Positions 12,901 to 28,655 of a stretch of 64,000 bases of DNA are shown piece by piece (position 1 is the stretch's first letter; the number at the start of each line of letters is the position of its first letter). Both the position numbers and the translations under genes were made by a program. The stretch comes from the human T2T-CHM13v2.0 reference genome, Homo sapiens. The stretch is from assembly GCF_009914755.1 (NCBI RefSeq), contig NC_060931.1; one strand, written 5' to 3'. The notes beneath the pieces are model-generated. The model was not told the origin of the DNA. It did not search any database and saw nothing but the letters and a program-made list of their open reading frames with translations.

Positions 12901-13839
12901 AATGATAGAACTTTACTACACTCTCAAAGAATGAGGAGCTTTAAATAATGAGGAAAAGACACAAAACTCACATACCAGAAGTTCTGAAATTGCCATTGTT
13001 CAAAAACCTGTGGTTTCAACTTGCTAAATTTAAACTCTGCAAAACTTAAATGGAATGGTCTATATTCAAATAAAAAATGTTCATTTGTCTCTATTTTCTT
13101 AGTTTAAAAACAATTTTTCTGTGGTATATCTGTACCCAACCAGACTGTATCAAAAGAAGGTTTCAATATTATTTAACAATTCTACAACAGCCTATTTCTT
13201 TCCCATGTTAACTTTTGCCACAAGGTGCCCATTAATAAGGAATGGCATTGAATAAAGTTGCCACATAATCACTCATTAGACCCAGGTGGTACGTCTCATC
13301 GGCCATAGTCTGGGCCAAAGAACAAAGGACACTGCGTTTCCTGAGCACTGCTGCCCACTAGGCCCTGGCAAAGGGTCTCACAGGTTACCTAATTTAATCC
13401 CTCCACAATCCCCCGAGGCGGATATTATCACTCTCATTTTCCAAATGAGGGACTGAAGCTCAAAATAAGTGCAATAAGTTGCCCAAGACCATACGCACCC
13501 AGTGACAGAGCCGAGCTCTGCACCTGTCCTTTTACCTGTAAAACCCAAACTGTATGGGAACAGTTCCTTCCAATGAATGAGTTACTCTAACACTTAAAAA
13601 CGGATGCCTTCACCTTTTCTTTCAGAACCCTTCCTGAATCCGGGAGAAACCCTCCTGTTATTTCACGTGTTACAAAGTAGTTTAATGTACTTCTACCACC
13701 GGATATTATGAATTCCACAACATCCTTCGGCTGCCCACTCCGGGTGGGTACTGGGCCGCGTGGTGAGGACAAACAGTTAAGAAAACAGGAAAACAATATT
13801 TTGGATCCCAGGAGAACTGTGTTTTCCACTTATAAAAAG

Positions 13840-13858
13840 TATATACATATATGCACTT

Positions 13859-13894
<36 letters not shown>

Positions 13895-13932
13895 TGCACT
13901 ATATATATATACACACACACACATATGCACTT

Positions 13933-13971
<39 letters not shown>
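13840..13971. repeat. Compound (TA)n/(CA)n microsatellite with a repeated ATGCACT spacer
   Basis: Direct reading. Confidence 0.95.
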
Positions 13972-13973
<2 letters not shown>

Positions 13974-13989
13974 CTATATGTTTGGATTC

Positions 13990-14940
13990 AGACGTCCCGC
14001 CAGAACCTGAAAGTTCAACTGTGGCCAGCCGTCACCCCTCCACAGTCTCAGCGGGCTCCACCCGCACGTGTCAGCGCCCGCGACCCGGGATCCTCCAGAA
14101 CCACAATTTGGGAGTGGGCCGGTTTAGGGTCAGCAAAAACGCTGGGCTGAATGTATCATCACAGAACCCAGGAGGGAACCAGCAAAGCGGCGTTGGCGCC
14201 CCGGTCTTTCCTGCGTTGGCGCTGGCCGCGGGGCCCAGCACCCGGGACGTTGGCGGCGGCAGAAGGGAAGGCCCCGGCCGCCCTGCTCCGCTCCGCTACA
14301 GCTGCAGGCCTCTGCGGTGACGGGTGGGGGCAAAAACCCTGCAGAAAAGTCACCGTCACACGCAGAGTCCAAAACTCCCCTTTCCCCGCTGGAACCACTT
14401 TCTCCAAGGAGCTCCGCCCCGCGCTCTCCCCGACCCCGTGCGCCCCCAGACCTCGCGTCCCCCGCGCTCTCCCCCGCCGCGCCCTCCTGCCCCGCGCCCC
14501 TCCTCGCCCCGACCCCGCGCCCCTGCGCCCGGGCTCCAGCCCGGTCCCTGCCGCCTCCCGCGCCCCGCGCCCCGCTCCTGCCCGCGGCCCGTCCCCTCCC
14601 TGCAGCGCAGCGCTCTGGGTTCGGGTCTCTGCCCTCTCCACCCGCCTTTCCCGCGAGTCTTCTTGGCTTCCGTGTCCCCCTCCCCAGCCGGGCGTCACCC
14701 CCGCACCCCGCATCTGCGCCCCCCTCCCGCTAACCCGCGGCCTCCGCAAGGGCAGCGCGCTCAGCCGGGTGAACCTGGAACTGTGTTCCTGGCCCAGCGC
14801 TTTCATAAAAGGGCGCGGAATAGTAAGTCCTAGTTCAAGGAATAAACACGGATCCCCACTGGCCATGCCGGGACTGACGCAGGAAAAGACGCGAATAAAA
14901 GCATTCATTAAAATATGCCACGACCAAACCACGGAGAGAG
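13990..14940. promoter_or_regulatory. CpG island with no adjacent coding gene (orphan CGI 2), strongly C-skewed core
   Basis: Dense CpG; CCCCG-rich 14410-14730; three GTTGGCG motifs 14190-14260. Confidence 0.8.
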
Positions 14941-15101
14941 TTACAATAAAACAGAACAATTTCAGAAACAGAGGGAAGTGATACTTGCGTGTATTATTCG
15001 TTTATTTCTGTTTCTTTTAGTATTTCTACTTGCATAAAACTACTTTTTCCATTAATAAAGTGTACACGAGGTAAAGGTTTTGGGCAGAACATTTGTCTTA
15101 G

Positions 15102-16091
<990 letters not shown>

Positions 16092-17571
16092 ACCATTTTC
16101 ACTTTCCTGAACAAAGCAAATCATGTGGCGACACCCGGAAAATCACAAAGTCACTGGGTAGAGTGCGGTGGAGACGCCTGTGTGCACTCTGCCGGGCAGC
16201 TGTGCGGTCCCTCCCCCTGGAGACCTGGGCTCAGCCATGTGTCCTGCTTCGACGGCTGGCATGTTAGCAAACACGCCGGCCAAGGCCCACAGCGGGCGTG
16301 CACACAGGCTTCCCGTCCTTTCTCATGGAGAAACACAGCTGAGCTGGGTAGCTGGAGGATGAAGAGCTTTGGGGCACCACGGCTGAGTTGCCCCGGCCCA
16401 GGCCAGGTTAGCCAGCAGCCTGTGGCTCCGTTTGAACGTTAGCTGCTTTGGGTTTCTTCTTCAGCAGATTGCCTGTCCATACGGTAAGTCATCAGTGAGA
16501 CCAAAACAAGCTTCTGCTCAGCCCGGCCAGGACCGCCAGCCTGCAGGCCCACTCGTAAATCCAGTGAAGCTGAATGTCTGAAACCAGAGTCTGGGGGTGA
16601 GCAGGGTTGGAGTACAGGGTTACTGAAACACTCCCTAATAACACAAGCCTGGAAGCATCAAGAGACAGCACACAAACGGATGAGAGCCAGAGGCCAGGCC
16701 AAGTGTGACAGCATAGCGCTTACCACGGCCTCCGCAGCAGCAGCTGGGGAAGGAAGGCCAGGCTCTCTGGACCGACTGGCCGGGAACCCTGGGACCTGGT
16801 GAACAGCCTGACCAGGGAAGCCTGCGACATGTTAGTCAAGGGGCCTAGGCTGGAGCTGGGAGGCCACTTGGGCTTGAGCCTCTGGCGGCTTAAGTGGAGA
16901 ATGTTCAATCCCAGACTACAACCCCCTGGCTGAGCGGGGGTGAGCCAAGGCATCTGTTGTGGTGGCCCTCTCCCTCTCCAAGGGCGCTTCTTACAGTTAC
17001 ACCCAACCCTCAGCTCCAGGGCTGCTTTGACTGCAATCAAACCCATTGTAAGAGTTGAAAAACGACTTTTGCAATTGCCCCCTCTCCTGATTCATCCTTT
17101 TTTCTTTAAAAGCTTGGAATCCTCCCTTGTCCTCTGAAGCACTTCCCAAGGTAACTGGGAAGCATTTCCTGGGCTACAGTCACTCAAATGTGGCTCAGAA
17201 AAATTCTTTGTGGCTTAAGCTGTGCCTCAGTTTCCTTCCAGGTCCACGACACCCAGTTTCTGTATATTTTGCCCCTGCTTCCAAATTAGGACTAACTAGA
17301 GAAAGCCAAATATGTTCGCCAAACCACTGGCATGCGATGCTCACTTTGCATGAGCCACCCCCACACTGGCAACCTCCAATCAGGACACCCTAGAAGTTTT
17401 CCTTTCTTCACTCTACAGCTTTCCTGCTCTCCACCTCTGAGCCCCTGCTGAATGCAGGTGGTGGAGCTGAATTCCTTGTTATCACAAGCTGTAAATAAAC
17501 AGCCTGTTTGTACTCCTTTGGCTGGTCCTTGCCTCCACAACCAAAAGCGGGTAGAGAACTGGGGCCATTAC

Positions 17572-18123
17572 TGTTACAGGAAAGTGGTCCCGATCTGGAC
17601 CCCAAGAGAGGGTTCTTGGATCTTGCGCAAGAAAGAATTCAGGGTGAGTCCACAGTGCAAAGTGAAAGCAAGTTTATTAAGAAAGTAAAGGAATGAAGAA
17701 TGGCTACTCCATAGACAGAGCAGCCCTGAGGGCTGCGAGTTGCCCATTTTTATGGTTATTTCTTGATGACATGCTAAACAAGGGGTGGATTATTCATGCC
17801 TCCCTTTTTAAACCATATAGGGTAACTTCCTGACGTTGCCATGGCATTTGTAAATTGTCATGGCGCTGGTGGGAACCTAGCAGTGAGGACGACCAGAGGC
17901 CACTCTCGTGGCCATTTTGGTTTTGGTGGGTTTTGGCCGGCTCCTTCACTGCAACCTGTTTTATCAGCAAGGTCTTTATGACCCGTATTTTGTGCTGACC
18001 TCCTATCTCATCCTGTGACTTAGAATGCCTTAACTGTCTGGGAATGCAGCCCAGTAGGTTTCAGCCTCGTTTTACCCAGCTCCTGTTTAAGATGGAGTTG
18101 CTCTGGTTCACACGCCTCTGACA
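17572..18123 (-). mobile_element. Solo MER41 LTR (552 bp, MER41A-like)
   Basis: TG...CA termini; minus strand begins TGTCAGAGGCGTGTGAACCAGAGCAACTCCATCTT; flanks TTAC / ATAC. Confidence 0.85.
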
Positions 18124-19524
18124 ATACTACAAGCTACAACAGACATAGGAGCCAAATGGATGGGTCACAGGGCATAAGCATGGTTAATATGTGCCAGACT
18201 GAAAAACTGCACTGTGGTATTCATTCAACTTTGACTTCCATTGTGTTGCAGATGATCAAGAGGCTCTTCAATGCATTCCTGAAGCCTTCCTTAATCCTTC
18301 AGTATGCAAGTCTTTTCTCTTCTGAAGCTCCTGGCCATCATTCTTGTCATTTTCTCTTCTAAAATTATCAGGTCTATTTCCGCCAGATCTTTAATCAGTA
18401 ACAGCTTTACCTAAGAGCCTGCCACGTCATTTCCGTCAATTCCATTAAATCCTGAACCTTTCATGGAAATTTGCAGTTTTTTCTTTGCAATCTTTTTACC
18501 TTGTATCCTTAAGTGTCCATGATGCCCTGCACTGGTGAGAAACAAGTTGACAAAGATACCGATGGCACAGTTGCCAGTGGGAAGTGGGAAGGGATATTTG
18601 AATAGCAATATTCTTATAAATGTTTCATTAGAAAATTTTCATAATAAAATCAGAATATCAATGCCTGTCTTTTCATTTTTTTCTATATTTTAGAAAGATC
18701 CTTTAGAAACAAAATAAATTATCTAAAAATTAAACTCGCTACTTTTTACTTTCTATCTGTAGGAAAATCCCACTTGATCATGGTGAATAATTCTTTTAAT
18801 GTGCTGTTGAATTTGGTTTGCTAGTATTCTGTTGAGGATTTTTGCATCTATGATCATCAGGGATATTGGTCTGTAATTTTCTTTTCTTGTAGTGTCCTTG
18901 TCTGACTTAGTATCAGGGTAAACTAGCCTTGTGAAATGAGTTTGAAAGTATTCTCTCTTCTTCAATGTTTTAGGAAGGGTTTGAGAAGGATGGGTATTAG
19001 TTCTACAATTGTTCGGTAAGATTCAGCAGTGAAGCCATCAGGTCTTGGGCTTTTCTTTGATGAGAGATGTTTCATTACTGATTCAAATCTCCTTTCTCAT
19101 TATTGATCTATTCAGATGTTCTGGTTCTTCGTGATTCAGTCTTAGTAGGCTGTACGTGTCTAGTAACGTATCCATTTCTTCTAGGTTGTCCAATTTGTTG
19201 GCATTTAATTCTTCACAGTAGTCTCTTATGATCCTTTGTATTTCTGTGGTATCTGTTGTAATGTCTCCTCTTTCGTTTCTGATTTTATTTGTCTTTATCC
19301 CAGGGATGCAAGAATGGTTCAACGTACACAAATCTATAAGTGTGATTCACCATATTAAGAGAATGAAGGATAAAAACCATATGATCATCTCAATAGATGC
19401 AGAAAAAGCATTTAACAAAATTCAATATTCTTTCATGATAAAAACTCTTGACAAGTTAGGTACAGAAGAAGTGTACCTCAACACAATAAAAGCCATAGAT
19501 GACTAATCCACAACTAACATCATA

Positions 19525-19858
19525 AAGGCATACCTTAGAGATATTGTGTATTCAGTTCCAGATCACTGCAATAAAGCTAATTTTGCAATAGAGTCACATG
19601 AATTTTTTTGCTTCCCAGTGCCTACAAGAGTTGTTTATACTATAGTATATTAAGTATGCAACAGCATTATGTCTAAAAAATGTACATACCTTAACTTAAA
19701 AATACTTTATTGCTAAAAACACTGAGAAAGCAAGCACAGGCTGTGGGAAAAAAATGGCACCAGTAGATTTGCTCGATGCCACAAACCTCCAATTTGTAAA
19801 AAAATGCAATATCTGCAAAGTGCAATAAAGTGAAGTGCGACAAGATGAGGTATGCCTG
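19525..19858 (-). mobile_element. Internally deleted Tigger1 inserted in the L1
   Basis: TIRs aggcatacct / aggtatgcctg, TA on both flanks, L1 ORF2 resumes after it. Confidence 0.85.
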
Positions 19859-20073
19859 TACTCATGGTAAAAAAAAATTGAAGGCTTTTCCTCAGAAACC
19901 AAACAAGCATGGGCAGGCTCACTACTTTTATTCAACATAGTACTGGAAGTCCAAACCAAAGCAACTAGACAAGAGAAAGAAATGGAAAGCATCCAAATTG
20001 TGGGGATGCTTAAAAAAAATAAGTTAAATTGTCCCTGTTTGCAGACAACATGATCTTATATATTGAAAATCCT

Positions 20074-20402
<329 letters not shown>

Positions 20403-21477
20403 TCAAAAAACTGTTAGAACTAATACGCAAATTCAGTAAACACACATGAAATGAAATAAATATACAAAAATCGGGAGCATTTCTATACACTAACAACAAA
20501 TTACCCAAAAAAGAAAACAAGAAAACAATCCCATTTACAATATGTAATACCTACAAAATAAAATAAAATAAAATACTTAGGAATAAATTTAACCAAAGAG
20601 ATGAAAGACTTCTAAACTGAAAACTGTAATACAATGATGAGGGAAATTAAGAAGACACAAATAAATGAAAATCCTGTGTTCATGGATTGACAGAATTAAT
20701 ATTGTTAAAATGTCTGTATCACCCAAAGCAATCTACACATTCAATGCACTCCCCATCAAAATTCCAATAACATTTTTTCACAGAAATAGATAAAACAATC
20801 CTGAAATTTGTATAGAACCATAAATGACCCTGAATAGCCAAAGCAATCTAGGTTCTTGAGCAAAAAGAACAAAGCTGGAGGGATCAAACTGACTGACTTC
20901 ATAATCTGCTACAAACATATAATAATCAAAACAGCATGGTACTGGCATAAAAACAGACACATAGACCAATGGAACAGAATAGAGAGCCCAGAAATAAATA
21001 CACACATTTATGGGCAATTAAGTTTCAACAAAAATGCCAAAAACACACAATAGGGGAAGGACAGTCTCTTCCATAAATCATGTTGGGGCAACTGGACATC
21101 CATATGCAGAGGAATAAAATTAGACCCTTTCTCACACCAGATTTTTAAAAATCAACTGAAAATGGATTAAAGACTTTGACATAAAACCTGAAACTATAAA
21201 GCTAGAAGAAAACATAGGGGAAAAGCTCCATGACATTGGCCTGGGTCATTTTTGGATACGACCCCAAGAACATCAGCAACAAAATCAAAAATAGACAAAT
21301 GGGATTGCAACAAACTAACAAGTTTCTGCAGAGTAGAGGAAACAATCAACAGAGTGAAGAGACCACCTAAAGAACGGGAGAAAATATATGCAAACTATGC
21401 ACCTGACAAGAGGTTAATATCCAAACTATATAAGGACGCCAAACAACTCAATAGTAAGAAATCAAATAACCTGATTA

Positions 21478-21850
<373 letters not shown>

Positions 21851-22745
21851 ATAAAAAAATTGCTCAACATCACTAATCATCAGAGAGACGCAAATTAAAA
21901 ACACAATGAGGTATCACTTCACATCTGTTAGAATGGTTATTACCAAAAAGATCAAAGATAACAAGAATTGAAGAGGATGTGAAGAAAAGAGAACACGTGC
22001 ACACTGCTGGTGAGAATGGAAATTGCTACAGCCATTATGGAAAATAGTATGGAGGTTTCTCAAAAACTTAACAATACAACTACCATATTCAGCAATTCTA
22101 CCGGATATGTGTTCAAAGAAAATGAAAGCAGTGTGTTGGAGAGATAACTGCACTCCCATGTTCACTGCAGTGTTATTCACAATAGCCAAGATGTAGAATC
22201 AACCCAAGTGTCCATCAACAGATGTGTAAAGAAAATGTGGTTTATATGCACAATTCAGTACTATTAACCATAAAAAGAAGTAAATCCTGTCATTTGCAAT
22301 CATATGGATATTATGTTAAGTGAAATAAGTCAAGCACAGAAAGACAAATGCCAGTAATCTCACTAATATATGGAATCTAAAAAAGTTCATCTCATAGAAG
22401 TAGAGAGTCGAATGGTGGTTGGCAGGGGCTGTGGAGAGGGAGAGGTTCAGGAGATGTTGGTCAAAAGATGCAAAATTTCAGTTAATAGGAGAAATAAGCT
22501 CAAGAGATATATTGTATAACTATAGTTTATTGTATAACTTATTATATGACTATAATTAATAACAATGTATTAAATTCTTGAAAATTGCTAAGAGATTTTA
22601 AATGTTCTCATCACAAAATAATTACACGAAGTAATGCGTACATTACTTAGCTCAATTTAGTCATTCTACAATGTATACATATTTCAAAACAACACACTGT
22701 ACGTAACAAATATATATAGTTTTATACATTAAAAATAAATAAATA

Positions 22746-23042
<297 letters not shown>

Positions 23043-23624
23043 TCAATTCATTAAATAACTTATTAAGAATTTATGAAACTAAAAATATAGAGGAAAAGTT
23101 TAGAAAATGTACATAAACCAAATAAATAGTAGGTGCTAGACAGCAAAGGGAATAAGTACCAAAAAATCCTCCTGGGATCATTATAAAATAAAAGGTAGAA
23201 AAACTAAAAAGAGAGATAATTAGAAAGAAAGAAAAAAAATCCAAAGAATGTGAATAAAAGAACATGATACAACAAGAGGACAGTTAAAGGCAAAAACAAA
23301 ACAAGGACAAACAAACAAAAAACCCATTTGGATTCACAAATTCTGGTTTTTACTCTGACATGCAAAGAACTTGCAGTACTTGCTGTCAACCTCACAACAA
23401 GAAAAAACTGAACAAACTGAAAATCAACAACACTTCTTAGAATAACCAGAGAAATGAGGTCACAGGGCAAATCACCACCTCAAAAGCTGGGGACAGACAT
23501 GAATACAGAGAGCCACAGTTTACAAGGTACAAAAGTTACTGCTGCAGCCAGCAGCTGGCAGGCACAAATTGCTAGAGGCTGAGTGTGGACTTGCCTAAGA
23601 GTTAGAGACCACTGGGGGCCCACT

Positions 23625-23943
<319 letters not shown>

Positions 23944-25301
23944 TGGGGGCCCACTCTTAAGGTATCCTCATACTTTCATAAATTTTACCTACAGGAGTCT
24001 GAACAGGTTCTCACACTGAATTTCACAGAAAAACTCCTTTGTGTTTGTGGCAGTAGGAGAGGAAAAGTAACCATTTTGAAATAGGCCATGGAGAAAGGTT
24101 GCCATTATGAAATACACCTGAGCTTTCTCTTCTTCACGGCAGGGACCGGTCCTCAGGGTAAACTATCTTGTTAGAGCCTTGTCTAACCTACGAAAAAGAC
24201 AACTGAATGCATTCCGTTCCCTTTAGTCTTCTTGTCTCACATAAGGGGAGAAGGGAAAGGCTAAGGAACTATTAAATTTAAGTTTAGCCTAAAGTCGCCT
24301 CTTTGTAAGTTCAGCCTAAAAGTTTTTCTGTACATAGTAAACTGTAACCTAACTGGACATGCAAACAGACTGTAACCTACACTTGTGACAAGTAGCTGAG
24401 TCTCAGCCAATCACTGCCATACTTCAACCACTCACAGGCAGCCACACCATGTTCAAATAAGGCAAATGCCGAGCTGTAACCAATCCAGCTGTTTCTGTAC
24501 CTTGCTTCCATTTTCTGTACCTCTCTTTAATTTTCTGCCTGTAAATCCTCTTCAAACATGCAGCAGTGTCGGAGTATCTCTGAACCTATTCTGGTTTGGG
24601 GGGGCTGCCTGATTCACAAATCGTTCTTTGCTGTATTAAGCACTAGTAAATTTGATTTGTCTCAAGTTTTTATTTTAACAGATGGCATCAGAAGTGGGAT
24701 CCAAAGTAGAATGTCCAGTGACACCTAGGAGCATCGAATAACCAAACAGGATCCCCACGGGGCCCACTGTGAGTATTGTGTCTCACAGCTGTTGGGGATG
24801 CTGGGTAAGCTTCGCAGATTTGTGTTTTGAGCTATCCAAGTTTGAGCAAAATTTTAATTCCAACTGGGTTCAGAAGTCATAACAAACTGGACTGGGTCCA
24901 GGATCAGACTGGATCTGATGATTAACTGGCTTGAATCCAGTTAGATAGAGGCCTCAGACGTCTGACTGGGTCAGGCAGAAACTGGCAGTACATGGCAGCA
25001 CTGCAGGGGGCGCAAACTCCAGCTTTCGAAAATTTGTAGCGATTTTGTGTGTTCCATCCCCTTTGTTTCTCTTTCTTGCATGCTTAGGTAGGGAAAATCA
25101 TTGGCTAAGTTGATTATGGGGATCTCGTAGCCAAAGCCAAGATTCAATGTAAAAATGGAATCCTTAATTTCTGAAGAACTGAGTACTCTACCTTCTGGCT
25201 TTGCCTATCTATATATGTATAAGTATTAGGCCCTACAAACAGCAAATAGGGCATGTAGACATGGTGAAATATTATTAAAGACAATTAAAATCTACAGTAG
25301 G

Positions 25302-25600
<299 letters not shown>

Positions 25601-26088
25601 ACTATAGTAGGACATTCAAATAAACAACACTGCACTTTAAGAAGTGCATTTGAAAATGAGGGCTCCCAAATTAGTCTCATCCAGCAATGCCTGTTGATCT
25701 GCAGAAGCTTCTAAAAAGATGTCAATTTTTTTATTGCCTCTTTTAAAAGAATCATTCTAAAAGACAAACAAAAAGTTTAAGTGACTAATTGATAAGAAAA
25801 GTTAAATCTGCTAACCTTTTGGCTTAGTTACTATCCCACCCCAAAAGCAAAAAGAAAGCTATCCTGGATAAAGTGTTTATAAAAGGTAGGCCCTCGGGTA
25901 AAGTAGGCTTGCCTCTTTTTCAGAGGTATCCACGCTGAGTCCAGACACAGAGAATGCTTTCTTTGCCCTATTTAATGGGCTCCACCCTGAACTCAGTAAT
26001 TTTAACCAAGAAACGGTACCTAAGTTAAAAAGACCACCTATTGAACAAAATCATGTCTCTAAAATACATCTTTCTGGCAGTCGACTGG

Positions 26089-28655
26089 TGATATGGTCTG
26101 CATCTGTGTCCCCACCCAAATCTCATGTCAAATTGTAATCCCCAATGTTGGAGGTGGGGCCTGATGAGCAGTGATTGGATCATGGGGTCAGATTTCTCCC
26201 TTGGTGCTGTTCTCATGATAATGAGTGAGTTTTCATGAGATCTGTATGGAATCCCACCACCCCACCTCTTGCTCCTGCTCTGGCCATTTAAGAAGACATG
26301 CCTGCTTCCCCTTTGCCTTCTGAGTGTTCTGAGGCCTCCCCAGAAGCTGAGCAGATGTCAATATCATGCTTCCTGTACAGCCTGTGGAACTGTGAGCCAA
26401 TTAAGCCTCTTTCTTCTTAATGAATCACCCAGTCTTGGGTATTTCTTTATAACAGTGTAAGAACTAATACAGAAAATTGGTACCAGAAGTGGGGTATTAC
26501 TATAAATATACCTGAAAACCTGAAAGCAGCTTTGGAAAACAGAGATTGAAAGAGCATGAAGGGCTCAGAAAAAGAAAGGAAGATTAAGGAACATTTTGAA
26601 CATCCTAGAGACTTGCTAAATTGTTGGGACCAAAAATTTGATAGTGAAACAGACAATAAAGTCAAAGCTGAGGAGATCTCAGATGGAAATGGGAAACTTA
26701 TTGGGAACTGGAATAAAGATCACTTTTGCTATGCTTTAGCAAAGAGCCTGGCTGCATTGTGTCCCTGCTCTAGGGATCTGTGGAACTTTGAACTTGAGAA
26801 ACATGATTTAGTGTATCTGATGGAAGAAATTTCTATGCAGCAAAGCAATCAAGATATGATCTGGCTGCTTCTAAACAACCTATGCTCATATATGTGAGGA
26901 AAGAAATAACCTGAAACTGGAACTTATATTTAAAAGGGAAGCAGAGCATAAAAGTTTGGAAAATTTACAACCTGGCCATGTTGTAGAAAAGAAAAGCCCA
27001 TTTTCAGGGGAGGAATACAAGCAGGCTTCAGAAATTTGCACAACTAAAAGGAAGGCAAGTGCTGATAACCTAGACAATGGCAAAAAGACCTCTAAGGCAC
27101 TTCAGAGACCTTCAAGTCAGCCTCTCTTTATTCATCCATTTTCATGCTGCTGATAAAGACATAGAGACTTGGCAGTTTACAAAAGAAACAGGTTTATTGG
27201 ACTTATAGTTCTATGTGGCTGAGGAGGCCTCGCAATCATGGCAGAAGGTGAAAGGCACATCTCACATGGCAGCAGCAAGAGAGAGAATAAGAGCCAAGAG
27301 AAACAGGTTTACCCTTATGAAACCATCAGATCTCCTGAGACTTATTCACTACCACAAGAACAGTATGGGGGAAACTGCCCCCCGATTCAATTATCTCCCA
27401 TCAGGTCCCTCTCACAGTATGTGGGAATTGTGGCAGTACCATTCAAGATGAGATCTGGTTGAGGACACAGAGCCAAACCATATCACCCTCCCATCGTAGG
27501 CTTGAAGTGCTAGAAGGACTGAATGGTTTCCTGCACCAGGCCCAGCCCCTGCTGCCCTGCACAGCCTCTGGACACTGCTCCTTGCATCCCAGCCACTCCA
27601 GCTCCAGCCATGGCTAAAAGGGGTCCAGGTACAGCTTCGGCCACTGCTTCAGAGGGTGCAAGCTCTAAGCTTTGGTAGCTTCTACATAATGTTAAGCCTG
27701 TGGGTGCAAAGAACGCAAGAGTTGAGGCTCAAAAGCCTCCACCTGGATGGATTGCAGAGGATGTATGGAAAACCCTGGATGTCCAGGCAGAAGCCTACTG
27801 CAGGAGCAGAGCCCTCTCAGAGAACCTCTACTAGGGCAGTGCAGAGGGGAAATGTGGGGTTGAACCCCCCTATAGAGTCCCCACTGGGACACTGCCTAGT
27901 GGAGTTGTGAGAAAAGGGCCACCATCCTCCAGATCCTGAAATGGTAGAGCCACCAACAGCTTGCACCATGTACCTGGAAAAGCTGCAAGCACTCAACCAC
28001 AGCCTGTGAGAGCAGCTGCAGGGGCTGATCCCTGCAAAGTCAAAGGAGCAGAGCTGTCCAAGGACTTGGGAGCCCACCTCTCACACTGGTGTGTCTTGAA
28101 ATTGGGACATGGAGTCAAACAAGATTATTTTGGAGCTTTAAGGTTTAATAACTTCCTTCCTGGGTTTCAGACTTCAAGTGGGGCCTGTAGCCCCTTTCTT
28201 TTGGTGGATTCCTTCCTTTTGGAACAGGAGTATTTACCCAATGCCCATACTTGCATTGTATCTTGGAAGCAACTAACTTGTTTTTTTTATTTTACAGGCT
28301 CATAGGTGGAAGGGACTAGCCTTGTCTCAGATGATACTTTGGACTTTTGAGTTAATGCTGGAATTAGTTAAGACTTTGGGGGACTGTTGGGAAGGCATGA
28401 CTGTATTTTGCAATGTGAGGATATAAAATTTGGAAAGGTCAGGGGAGGAATTATGTGGTTTGGATCTGTGTCCCCACCCAAAGCTCATGTTAAATTGTAA
28501 TCCCCAATGTTGGAGTGAGGTCCCAATGTTGTAATCCCCAATGTTGGAGGTGATTGGATCACAGGGGCAGATTGCTCCCCTTGGTGTTGTTCTCATGATA
28601 GTAAGTTCTTGTGAGATCTAGTTATTTAAAAGCGTGTGGTACCACCTCCCAACCC
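26089..28655 (+). mobile_element. MST-type MaLR provirus (5' LTR about 26089-26470, internal region, truncated 3' LTR from 28451) nested in the ERV
   Basis: Two LTR starts (tgatatggt... and ttatgtggtttggatctgtgtccccaccca), gaaaattggtacc internal start, purine tract before the 3' LTR. Confidence 0.85.
27127..27485 (-). mobile_element. THE1-type solo LTR nested in the MST internal region
   Basis: ttttcatgctgctgataaagacata...gacacagagccaaaccatatca; flanks CTCTC / CCCTC. Confidence 0.85.

Noticed and set aside
14151-14981. 276-aa and 266-aa antiparallel ORFs
   Set aside because: Same CpG-island artefact; low complexity, no splice or domain support.
17572-18123. MER41 LTR as an interferon-gamma/STAT1 enhancer
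   Set aside because: Length fits MER41A and I see no tandem TTCCGGGAA GAS sites of the MER41B type.
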